Shown in pieces: positions 8,768 through 17,344 of a DNA stretch of 46,360 nt. The notes beneath the pieces were generated by a model. The model ran no database searches, had not been told where the DNA came from, and worked only from the letters and a program-made list of their open reading frames with translations. The DNA lies in the NCBI GenBank assembly GCA_040002535.1, contig JBDUEF010000003.1, positions 1 to 46,360 on the forward strand. Direction: 5' to 3'. Both the position numbers and the translations under genes were made by a program. Each line of letters begins with the position of its first letter. Position 1 is the stretch's first letter. Origin of the DNA: Actinomycetota bacterium. Lineage in GTDB: Bacteria > Actinomycetota > UBA4738 > HRBIN12.

Positions 8768-10872
8768 GCCTGCACGAACTCCCGTGCCGGCGCGAGGTCG
8801 ATGGGCAGGGTGGCCGTGACTCTCGTGCCCTTGCCGAGGGTCGCATGCACCGAGAAGGTTCCGCTGGCGAGCTCCACGCGTTCTCGCATGGATGCCAGAC
8901 CCACGCGGCCCATCCGGAGGTACTCGCGGGCACGCTGCGAGTCGAAGCCGACGCCGTCGTCGACGACCTCGATCCGGAGCTGCGAGCCATCGGCTTCCAC
9001 GTGCACGGATGTCCGCGACGCACGGGCGTGCTTGCCGGCGTTCGACAGGGCCTCCTGCACCACCCTGTAGGCCAGTGTCTCCAGATCCTGCGACAGCGGA
9101 TGGTGCAGGACGCCGGAGAACTCGGTCGTGACGTCGTGGTCGTGGCCGAAGCGTGTGAGTGTCTCCCGGAGTGCGGGGATCAATCCGCGCTCCTCCAGGA
9201 CCGGTGGCCGCAGGCCCGACATCAGCCGGCGCAGCGCGTCGGCCTCCTCGGTGAGCTCTCGCCGGATCTTCGACATGATCTCCAGCCCGCGATCGGTCTC
9301 GCCTGCCCTGATCATCAACAGGGCCGCCTCGAGCGAGAGGGACGCCGCCGACACACCCTGCACGGGCCCGTCGTGCAGATCGCGGGCGATCCGGTTCCGC
9401 TCGGACTCGATCGCGGCGTTCGTCCGACGCATGATGCGCGTCCGGTCCTCGTCCCGGTCCTGCAGAAACTGGAAGAGGGAACGGATGGTCTGGTCGGCAA
9501 CGCGTCCCGCCGTCACGTCGCGCACCATCAGGAGCCGGCGGGTCGGCGAAGAGGGGATCTGGCTCAGGCGTGACTCCAGGTGGAGAGGCTGACCTTGCCG
9601 CTGCACGGTCCCCTGTCCGGTCTGCGGCAGCGAAGCGAAGGAACCGTCGGCGTCTGCGAGCGCGGCGGCAAGCGTGGTCCATGGCTGGCCCTCCACGGTC
9701 TCACGCGTGAGCCCGATCATGCCGCAGAACGCCTCGTTCGCGCGCACCACCGTATCGCGCTCGTCCATCTCGACGATGCCGTCCACCGCGGCCTCGAACA
9801 CGAGCCGGAGGTGCTCCTCGGATTGACGGAGCGTCTCGTTGGTGTCGCGCACGCGATCGAGGGCCGTGTCGGTGTCGGCCAGCGCCGCCTCCTTCTCCTC
9901 CAACGCGAGCAGAGCCTGTTGGTTGACATGCGTCGATCGGATCTGGTTCAACAGGATCCGCAGCGCGATGCCGATCGCCAGCACCACGATCACGGCCGTG
10001 GCCTGTCGCGAGCTCATGCCTCGCTCGCGATGGAGGTCGGCGACCAGCCCCAGCGCGGCACACGCAGAGGCTACCGAGAGGCTCGTCAACAGTGGGCGGC
10101 CCCATCGGGTGGGTGCTGCGACCGGACCGGCGTGCACGCGCCGGGGCAGGAACGTGACGATCGCGGCCAGTGCCAGCATGCCCAGCGCGAACGGCAGCAA
10201 GATCGCGGCCTCCGTGCCGCCGAAGTCGCCGCGTACCCACCGCGACCCGAGGCTCGCGGTGGCCGAGGAGAACGCCCCGAAGACCACGAACTGCAGGACG
10301 TGCGCGGGGGTGGGGACCCACAGGGCCAGCGCCGCGTACGTGGTGAACATGGTGGCGGCGATCGTGGCGAACACCAGCGTGGACATCGAGGTCACGGCGT
10401 CCGCACCGGGCGGTCGGAGCAGCAGATACGCCAGGAAGGTGAGCGAGAGCGTGACGAGCGCGACGTCCACCGAGATCTCGCGGCGGTCCTCGGACCGGAA
10501 ATGGTCCGTGTACTCCGCTGCGGCGGGCAGGATCACCGCGACCAGGAACACCAGGAAGCCCAAGTCCCAGGTGCTGGCGTGGGCCCGGGGATCGCCAAGG
10601 ACGTCCCAGATCAGCAGGCCTCCCGTCCCCGCCGCCGTGAGGCCCAGTCCGGCAGCCAACGCCCGCTCACTCTGCCAGCCGTCGGCGGAGCGACCATGGC
10701 GCCCCACGACGACCGCTGCCACGACGGACGACACGAAGAGCGTGCCGTGGGCCAGCACCGCGCGCGCCTCGCCGCTCTCCGGGACGACCAGGAACACCAC
10801 CATTACCCCGACCGCCGTGGCGAGCAGGGCAAGGCCGACCGGCCACCGGGCAGAGAGGTCGTCGATGCTCAT
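8764..10872 (-). CDS. Membrane sensor histidine kinase with PAS domain, HisKA_3 type
   Basis: Multiple TM helices; PAS entry LRLVFEAAVDGIV...ANEAFCGMIG; H-box ERNRIARDLHD; N-box QEALSNAGKHA; G1 DDGVGF; GLASMRER. Start could alternatively be 10920. Confidence 0.9.
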   Translation of the reverse strand: MSIDDLSARWPVGLALLATAVGVMVVFLVVPESGEARAVLAHGTLFVSSVVAAVVVGRHGRSADGWQSERALAAGLGLTAAGTGGLLIWDVLGDPRAHASTWDLGFLVFLVAVILPAAAEYTDHFRSEDRREISVDVALVTLSLTFLAYLLLRPPGADAVTSMSTLVFATIAATMFTTYAALALWVPTPAHVLQFVVFGAFSSATASLGSRWVRGDFGGTEAAILLPFALGMLALAAIVTFLPRRVHAGPVAAPTRWGRPLLTSLSVASACAALGLVADLHRERGMSSRQATAVIVVLAIGIALRILLNQIRSTHVNQQALLALEEKEAALADTDTALDRVRDTNETLRQSEEHLRLVFEAAVDGIVEMDERDTVVRANEAFCGMIGLTRETVEGQPWTTLAAALADADGSFASLPQTGQGTVQRQGQPLHLESRLSQIPSSPTRRLLMVRDVTAGRVADQTIRSLFQFLQDRDEDRTRIMRRTNAAIESERNRIARDLHDGPVQGVSAASLSLEAALLMIRAGETDRGLEIMSKIRRELTEEADALRRLMSGLRPPVLEERGLIPALRETLTRFGHDHDVTTEFSGVLHHPLSQDLETLAYRVVQEALSNAGKHARASRTSVHVEADGSQLRIEVVDDGVGFDSQRAREYLRMGRVGLASMRERVELASGTFSVHATLGKGTRVTATLPIDLAPAREFVQA

Positions 10873-11009
10873 GTGATCGGTCCATGATGCCGCGCGCAGC
10901 CGGGGGGCTCCATCACCCAACCGAGGGGCCGACGGGGCCCGGAAGGCCTAGGCCGCCAGCGGGACACTCGGCACGGATGCCACGAGATCCACGCCCGCGA
11001 AGGAGGGAC

Positions 11010-11666
11010 CTACTCGATGAGTCGGCGACGAAGCGCCTCGGCCACGGCGGCGGTGCGGTCCGACGCACCGAGCTTCTCGAAGATGTGCTCGAGGTGGGTC
11101 TTCACCGTGTCGGGGGAGATGTAGAGGCGCTCGGCGATATCCCGGTTCGTGTGGCCGAACGCGAGGAGCTGCAGGACCTCGATCTCTCGTGCCGTCAGGG
11201 TCTCCGCCCTGCGGTCCTTCTCCTTGGCGGTGGAGAGCTCCTCGGCCAGGGCCACCACCAGCTGCGGGTCGATCACCATGTTCCCCCCGGCGACCAGGCG
11301 CACGGTCTGGATCAGGTGCTCGGCATCGCGGGCCTTCAGGACGTAACCGCGGGCGCCGCTGCGGACCGCCTCCACCACGAACTGCCGGTCGTCGTAGGCC
11401 GTGAGCATGATGACGCCCACCGTGGGGTGCTTGTCTCGGAGCTCGCGGGCGGCCTCCAGGCCATCCATCTCCGGCATCCGGATGTCGACGAGGGCGATCT
11501 GCGGCTCGGTCTCGGCGACCAGCGTCAGCAGCTCCCGCCCGTTGGCCGCCTCACCGACCACCTCGATACCGTCGGCCATCTCCAGGTACCGCCGGAGGCC
11601 CTGGCGCACGAGGGAGTGGTCATCTGCGATCGCAACCTTGATCGTCACGCTGTCTGTGTCCCCCAT
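11010..11666 (-). CDS. NarL/LuxR family response regulator
   Basis: IADDH, VDIRMP, LTAYDD, YVLK receiver motifs; HTH LTAREIEVLQLLAFGHTNRDIAERLYISPDTVKTH. Confidence 0.93.
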   Translation of the reverse strand: MGDTDSVTIKVAIADDHSLVRQGLRRYLEMADGIEVVGEAANGRELLTLVAETEPQIALVDIRMPEMDGLEAARELRDKHPTVGVIMLTAYDDRQFVVEAVRSGARGYVLKARDAEHLIQTVRLVAGGNMVIDPQLVVALAEELSTAKEKDRRAETLTAREIEVLQLLAFGHTNRDIAERLYISPDTVKTHLEHIFEKLGASDRTAAVAEALRRRLIE

Positions 11667-11746
11667 CTGACCCCCCGCCCTCCGCCATCCTGCTGCGGCT
11701 GGGCTCGGCTCGGTGCCGCAATCCTAGTGGGTTTGGGGGGGCGCGG

Positions 11747-12895
11747 TCAGAAGATGTCGTACCAGTTGACGAAGAGGACCGTGAGCAGGGATAGACCGCC
11801 CGCGAACGCGGCCACCACCAGCGTGCGGGGCAGGCGCCTGCGATCGACGAGATCGGCCAGGACCCAGAAGGAGGGGAAGATCACGGCCGCGAACCGGGGG
11901 ACCGACAGCAGCGGCCGGCTCGGGAAGGGGTAGGAGAGCGGGACCAGGAGGCTCGCGGTGGCGTAGGCGGCATACCCCGCCCGCAGCCGCCACCACGAGA
12001 TCCCCGCGCAGACCAGCACGACGCCCACCACCGCAACGTCGATGATCCATACGTTCCCGAAGGTGTACGCCGTCCATAGGGCGTCGGCCAGGGTGCGTCC
12101 GGGTAAGGTGGCCACCCGATGCCACGTCTGCTGCGCACGCAGCGGCGCCAGCCCGTCGCCGAAGGCGACCGCCCAGTAGCCGAAGTACAGGAACGGCCCG
12201 AGCAACGTCGCCATCGCGGCGGCCGCCCGCGAAAAGACTGGAACCCCCCGCTCTCGGTGCTGCTGCACGGCCTCGATCAGCAGTGCCGGCGCCAGCGCGA
12301 CGCCGATGCTCCGGGTCGCGGCCGCCAACGCCGCCGCCAGCGCGGCCAGCGCCCATCGGTCGCGCCGAGCGCACCAGAAAGCGGCGACGGACAGCAGGAG
12401 GAACGTGGATTCGCTGTAAGGGGCCAGGAAGAACAGCGAGGTCGGGAAGATCGCCACCAGGAGCACCGCGGTCCTCGCGTGCTGCTCGGACTGCTCCATC
12501 GACGTGAGCGCGAACAGCACGACGAGTGCTGCTAGGAACGAAAGGTTGGACACGAGGACGCCGGCGGCCAACATGCGACCCCCCGTGAACAGGGACACCA
12601 CCCGCACCAGCAGGGGATACAGCGGGAAGAACGCCGCACTGCCGTCGTCGGCGCGGTAGCCGTCGTCGGCGACCCGGAAGAACCACTGCGCGTCCTGACG
12701 CTCCAGCGCCGTGAACGCGTTGTGCCATCCGGGGGAGATGGCTGGCGCAGGCCACCCGGGAACGTCGACGCCCTCCTTGTGGACGGGGATCAGCCCGATG
12801 CCCACCACCGAGAGCAACGAGACCGCGAGGCGGACGGCCAGGAAGACACAGACGCAGTACCGCGCGCCTCGCCGGAGCTCCGTGCTCCCGGTCAC
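11747..12895 (-). CDS. GT-C membrane mannosyltransferase-like protein (PIG-V/Mannosyl_trans2-like)
   Basis: RQDAQWFFRVADDGY, AFFPLYP, FPTSLFFLAPYSESTF, ATRSIG, SVPRF; polytopic; GTGA overlap with the upstream gene. Confidence 0.82.
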   Translation of the reverse strand: MTGSTELRRGARYCVCVFLAVRLAVSLLSVVGIGLIPVHKEGVDVPGWPAPAISPGWHNAFTALERQDAQWFFRVADDGYRADDGSAAFFPLYPLLVRVVSLFTGGRMLAAGVLVSNLSFLAALVVLFALTSMEQSEQHARTAVLLVAIFPTSLFFLAPYSESTFLLLSVAAFWCARRDRWALAALAAALAAATRSIGVALAPALLIEAVQQHRERGVPVFSRAAAAMATLLGPFLYFGYWAVAFGDGLAPLRAQQTWHRVATLPGRTLADALWTAYTFGNVWIIDVAVVGVVLVCAGISWWRLRAGYAAYATASLLVPLSYPFPSRPLLSVPRFAAVIFPSFWVLADLVDRRRLPRTLVVAAFAGGLSLLTVLFVNWYDIF

Positions 12896-14151
12896 GCGGG
12901 GGCCATGCCGAGCTCTCCATCAGGCTCGAAGGACGGCAGCACCTCCGGCTCCCGCCGGATCCACTGCAGCAGACACCAGACCAACACAGCGGCGCGAAGG
13001 ACGACCGCGAGCTCGAACATCCACTGTTGCACCCCGGACGTGCCCGCCAGGTGCCCGAACCATCGGAACCTCGTCACGAAGACCGCGAGATCGGTCAGCG
13101 AGAACGCCACGAATGTCCGCAGGCCCGGAAGCGCCAGCGCGAACAGTGGCAGCAGCCACAGGCCGTACTGCGGCGAGTAGACCTTGCTGGTCAGAAGGAA
13201 GGCGACCAGGATGGGAAAGGCCAGCGTCCACCGCGGGAAGTCGGGGAACCGACACTGCTTCGCCCACCACACCACGATCACCAACAGCATGAGAGCGGTG
13301 AACGACGCCACGTTGATCGTCGCCGTCTGCGAGCACGCCGCTCCCGCGCCATCGTGCAGATACCGCCATCCGATCGCCCAGAGGCTGTCGAAGTCGGCGC
13401 ACCGCTGCGAATTGAACCGGAAGAACGTCAGCCACGCCGACGGCGCGGCGATCATGAACGGGACATTCACCACGATCCAGCTGCCGGCCGCTCCCCAGCC
13501 GAGCCTGATCCCGCGATCGGGCTGCTGGTCCTGCAATCGTTGCGCGATGAGCGGCAGCGCCAGCATGGCTGGGTAGAACTTCGCCGACGCACCGAGTCCC
13601 AAGAGCACGCCGGCCATCACATCCCGACCGTCGAAGAATGAGACCAGCGCGGCGGTGGCCAGGGCGACCGCCAAGAGATCCCAGTTCATGGTGCCGTACA
13701 CCAACAGCGTTGGCGCCAGCGCGAAATAGAGCGCCCGTACGCCGACGACGGCGTACAGCGCCACAGTGACGAGCGCCGCGCACAGCCAGAGCAGGGTCGC
13801 GTTGGCGGCGAAGAACCCCCGGTAGTTCGCGTCGGAGAACCATCCGGCCGCTCGCATGAAGTACATGGTGAGGACCGGGTACTCGTCGCATCGCTGATCG
13901 GGGATGGTCGTGCATGCGTCGATGAAGGGAAGGCGCCCCCCGGCCAGCTGCTCGGTCGTCAGCAGGGGGATGATGTCGGTGTAGCAGAGCAGGCGGTACT
14001 GGCGCCCGTCGGACCAGTCGCCGGACACGCAGGGGGCCTTGGCGGCGAACCCCACGATCAAAGTGCTCCCCAGACACAGCAGCACGAGTCCCAGCCCGAT
14101 GGAGCGCGGGGAGCCCTTCCCCGGTGTCGTCGCCTCGGGCGGGGTATCCAT
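12892..14151 (-). CDS. Glycosyltransferase family 87 (DUF2029, Rv0051-like) membrane protein
   Basis: KAPC...QYRLLCYTDI, EYPVLT, NWDLLAV, GASAKFYP, KVYSPQYGLW; TAGGAT -10 lies 9 nt before the ATG. Confidence 0.85.
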   Translation of the reverse strand: MDTPPEATTPGKGSPRSIGLGLVLLCLGSTLIVGFAAKAPCVSGDWSDGRQYRLLCYTDIIPLLTTEQLAGGRLPFIDACTTIPDQRCDEYPVLTMYFMRAAGWFSDANYRGFFAANATLLWLCAALVTVALYAVVGVRALYFALAPTLLVYGTMNWDLLAVALATAALVSFFDGRDVMAGVLLGLGASAKFYPAMLALPLIAQRLQDQQPDRGIRLGWGAAGSWIVVNVPFMIAAPSAWLTFFRFNSQRCADFDSLWAIGWRYLHDGAGAACSQTATINVASFTALMLLVIVVWWAKQCRFPDFPRWTLAFPILVAFLLTSKVYSPQYGLWLLPLFALALPGLRTFVAFSLTDLAVFVTRFRWFGHLAGTSGVQQWMFELAVVLRAAVLVWCLLQWIRREPEVLPSFEPDGELGMAPA

Positions 14152-14219
14152 CCGGCGCGAATCCTACGTCGGTTCCGACCGCCGTTTCGCCGTTGCCGAT
14201 CCGTGAAGGTTCGAGCGAA

Positions 14220-14232
14220 CACTCGTAGAGTG
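14220..14232 (+). promoter_or_regulatory. Inverted repeat CACTC-GTA-GAGTG overlapping the TAGAGT -10 of the merR-like gene (putative operator)
   Basis: Perfect 5-3-5 palindrome; TAGAGT at 14226-14231, GTG start at 14240. Confidence 0.45.
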
Positions 14233-14239
14233 AAAGGTC

Positions 14240-15007
14240 GTGAGGTATCGCGTGGAGCAGCTCGCGGGCGTCTGCGACGTCTCGGTGGACACCGTTCGGT
14301 ACTACCAGTCGCTCGGCCTGCTCCCGGCCCGGGAGCGGCAGGGCCGGGTTGCCTGGTACGGACCGGAGCACGCCGCACGCATCCGCGAGATCCGTCGATT
14401 GCAGTCCAAGGGTCTGACCCTCGCTGCGGTCAAGCGTGTGGTGACGGGGGAGCTCGGACCCGCCGACGCCGACCTGGCCGCGGCGGTGGCGGCCGCGCGC
14501 GGCGAGGCCGCCGGCGGCCAGGGGTCCCTGAGCCTCGAGGCGTTCTCGCAGGAGAGCGGGGTGCCGGCCTCCTTGATCCAGGCCGTCGAACGCGAGGGCG
14601 TCCGGCTCGGCCGTGACGTCGATGGAACGACCCATTACACCACCGGAGATATCGCGATCGTCCGTGTGGCCCTGAAGATGCTGGAGTTCGGGCTGCCGCT
14701 GGGGGATCTGCTCTCCCTTGCGCGGGAGACCGACACCGCCATGCGCGGCGTCGCGGAGCGGGCGGTGGAGCTCTTCGACGATCACGTCCGCAAGCCCATC
14801 CGAGATACCTCGCCCAGCGACGACGCGACGGCCGTGCAGCTCGTCACCGCGTTCCGCGAGCTCCTGCCGGCGGTGACGACCCTGGTGTCGCATCACTTCC
14901 GGCGCGTGCTGCTGGAGGTGGCAGAGGCGCACATCGGCAAGGTCGGGGCGGCGGCCGAGGTCGAGGCCACGCGGGCGGAGGCGCGACGGATGGAGGGCGG
15001 CACGTGA
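14240..15007 (+). CDS. MerR family transcriptional regulator with a second MerR-like HTH
   Basis: YRVEQLAGVCDVSVDTVRYYQSLGLL...YGPEHAARIREIRRLQSKGLTL; second HTH-like LSLEAFSQESGVPASLIQAVEREG. Confidence 0.88.
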   Translation: MRYRVEQLAGVCDVSVDTVRYYQSLGLLPARERQGRVAWYGPEHAARIREIRRLQSKGLTLAAVKRVVTGELGPADADLAAAVAAARGEAAGGQGSLSLEAFSQESGVPASLIQAVEREGVRLGRDVDGTTHYTTGDIAIVRVALKMLEFGLPLGDLLSLARETDTAMRGVAERAVELFDDHVRKPIRDTSPSDDATAVQLVTAFRELLPAVTTLVSHHFRRVLLEVAEAHIGKVGAAAEVEATRAEARRMEGGT

Positions 15008-15699
15008 CGCTCCCCGAACCGGCGCTGCCGCAGGGCGAGGAGAAGGCCCGGGTGGTGCGCGGTCTGTTCGACACGATCTCGGGGCGCTACGACCTGGTGA
15101 ACCGGGTCATGACGTTCGGCATGGATGTGGGGTGGCGCCGACGTGCGGTCCGGGAGCTGCGACTCCCCGGACGGTCGCTGGTGCTGGATCTGGCGTGTGG
15201 CACCGGGGACCTCTGCCGGGAGCTGGACGGCGCCGGCTACCGGGTGGTCGGCATCGACTTCTCGCACGGGATGCTCAGGGCCGCCAGGACTCGCGCACCG
15301 CTCGTCGAGGCCGACATCCTTCGCCTGCCCGTACGCGACCGCAGCGTCGGGGGCGTCACCTGCGGCTTCGCCATGCGCAACGTGGTCTCGCTCGGCGGGT
15401 TGTTCGAGGAGCTCGCGCGCGTGGTGTCGCCGGGTGGGCGCGTGGCGCTGCTGGACGTGAGCGAGCCCGACAACGCGGTGGTGCGCGCCGGCAACGCGGT
15501 GTACTTCCGGCGGATCGTGCCGCTGATCGGCGGCCTGCTGTCCGACCGCGCCGCCTACCGCTACCTTCCCCGCTCCATGGCCTACCTGCCCCCACCCGAG
15601 GAGATGGTGCGGATGCTGCGCGACGCCGGGTTCCCCGACGCCGAGCGCCGTCAGCTCGCGGGCGGGCTCACCCAGCTGCTGGCGGGCACCCGCGGATGA
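15004..15699 (+). CDS. menG: Demethylmenaquinone methyltransferase (UbiE/MenG)
   Basis: VRGLFDTISGRYDLVNRVMTFGMDVGWRR, VLDLACGTGD, GFAMRNV, AYRYLPRS; lies in the men cluster. Confidence 0.88.
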   Translation: MTLPEPALPQGEEKARVVRGLFDTISGRYDLVNRVMTFGMDVGWRRRAVRELRLPGRSLVLDLACGTGDLCRELDGAGYRVVGIDFSHGMLRAARTRAPLVEADILRLPVRDRSVGGVTCGFAMRNVVSLGGLFEELARVVSPGGRVALLDVSEPDNAVVRAGNAVYFRRIVPLIGGLLSDRAAYRYLPRSMAYLPPPEEMVRMLRDAGFPDAERRQLAGGLTQLLAGTRG

Positions 15700-16964
15700 G
15701 GCAGGAGGCGCCGGGACCCGCGCGCGGCCGCGTGCATGTCTCGGAGCTCGGATCCGCCTTCGACCTCCTGGCGGCGCTCGGTGAGGGGGACGGCTTCCTG
15801 ATGGAGCGGAACGGCCTCGGTGTCGGTGCCGCCGGTGCGTGGGCGACCGACACCGTCGAGGCCCGTGCCGGCATCGACGCGATCCGGGACGTGGGGAGCG
15901 CGGCGTTGCTGCGCCTCCGCGCGTTGGCCGGTGAACAGGATGCGCTCACGCCGGTCGCCGTCGGGGTGCTCCCCTTCGCCGGGGGCGATGCGACCCTGCG
16001 CACGCACGCGCGCGTGGTGCGTCGCACGGGCCCCCACCAGGCCTGGCTCGTTCGGATCCGGCGGGAGGGCGCGGGCCTCCCAGCGTTCCGCGCCCAGCCG
16101 ATCGGGCCGGTGGCGCTCCCACGTCGTCCCTTCACCGACGTGCAGCAGCGGGCGCTCCCGCCGCCCGGGGACTACGCCGATGCGGTGCGTGCCGCGACCG
16201 CCCGCATCCGCGCGGGCGGCCTGCGGAAGGTCGTGCTGGCCCGCCAGATCCGGGTCGAGACTGGTCGGGCGCTCGACGTTCGTCTGCTGGCTGCACACCT
16301 GCGTGCGGTCGATCCCGACGCGTACACGTTCGTGGCTCCGACGCCGCGGGGCGTCCTTGTCGGCGCCTCACCGGAGCTCCTCGTGTCCAAGCGCGGGCGC
16401 CGGATCCGCTCCAACCCACTGGCCGGGTCCGCTCCGCGCTTCGGGGACCCCGAGCAGGATCGCGAGAGCGCGCGTGCATTGGGCGCCTCCCCGAAGGATC
16501 GTGAGGAGCACGCGATCGTGGTGGAGGCGGTGGCCGAGACCCTTCGGCCCTTCTGCGACCAGCTCGCGTGGGATCCGGAGCCGGTGGTGCTGGCCACCGC
16601 CAACGTGTGGCACCTCTCCACGCTCTTCCGCGGCACGCTCAGGGATCCGGCGCCGCACGTACTGGAGCTGGTCGCAGCGCTGCACCCCACTCCCGCTGTG
16701 TGCGGTACGCCCCGCGCGGCCGCCGGCGCCATCATCGAGGAGTTGGAACCGTCGGATCGAGGCAGCTATGCGGGTCCGGTCGGCTGGATCGACACTCAGG
16801 GAGACGGGGAGTGGGCGATCGCCCTGCGGTGTGCTGAGCTCGCCGGCGATCACGCCACCCTCTACGCGGGCGCCGGCATCGTGGCGGACTCCCGCCCGGA
16901 CGCTGAGGTCGACGAGACGGATCGGAAGTTCCGGGCGTTCCTCGATTCCCTGCGCTGGGGGTAG
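15696..16964 (+). CDS. menF: Isochorismate synthase
   Basis: KVVLAR, GASPELLV, PLAGS, KDREEH, LHPTPAVCG, YAGPVGW, ALRCA, YAGAGIV; ATGA overlap with menG. Confidence 0.87.
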   Translation: MRQEAPGPARGRVHVSELGSAFDLLAALGEGDGFLMERNGLGVGAAGAWATDTVEARAGIDAIRDVGSAALLRLRALAGEQDALTPVAVGVLPFAGGDATLRTHARVVRRTGPHQAWLVRIRREGAGLPAFRAQPIGPVALPRRPFTDVQQRALPPPGDYADAVRAATARIRAGGLRKVVLARQIRVETGRALDVRLLAAHLRAVDPDAYTFVAPTPRGVLVGASPELLVSKRGRRIRSNPLAGSAPRFGDPEQDRESARALGASPKDREEHAIVVEAVAETLRPFCDQLAWDPEPVVLATANVWHLSTLFRGTLRDPAPHVLELVAALHPTPAVCGTPRAAAGAIIEELEPSDRGSYAGPVGWIDTQGDGEWAIALRCAELAGDHATLYAGAGIVADSRPDAEVDETDRKFRAFLDSLRWG

Positions 16965-16976
16965 CCGCACCGGGTG

Positions 16977-17333
16977 TCAGAGCACCGGCTTGTCGATCAC
17001 GCAGAACAGGTTGCCCTCGGGATCGGCCAACACCACGAAGTCCTCGTCCGGTCCGGGCTCGCGCGGATGCCGGAACGCCCCGATGCTCAGCAACCTGGCC
17101 ACTTCGTCGTCGGGGTCGTCGGTGTATAGGTCGAGGTGCAGGCGATTCTTCCCAACCCTCGGCTCGGGCACCTGCTGCAACGACACGTGCACGCCCTGCC
17201 CGTCGGGATCGCGTAGGACCACCCAGTCGTCGTCGGCCGGCTCGCGTGGCTCGTAGCGGAGCGCTCGCTGCCAGAAGGCCGACATCCGTGGGAAGTCGTT
17301 GCAATCGATCACGATCGATCCGACCCACATCAC
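16977..17333 (-). CDS. VOC/glyoxalase-like protein
   Basis: IVIDCND...AFWQRAL...KNRLHLDL...VLADPEGNLFCV; begins 11 nt after the menD stop. Confidence 0.85.
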   Translation of the reverse strand: MMWVGSIVIDCNDFPRMSAFWQRALRYEPREPADDDWVVLRDPDGQGVHVSLQQVPEPRVGKNRLHLDLYTDDPDDEVARLLSIGAFRHPREPGPDEDFVVLADPEGNLFCVIDKPVL

Positions 17334-17344
17334 GGTCGGAGAGC

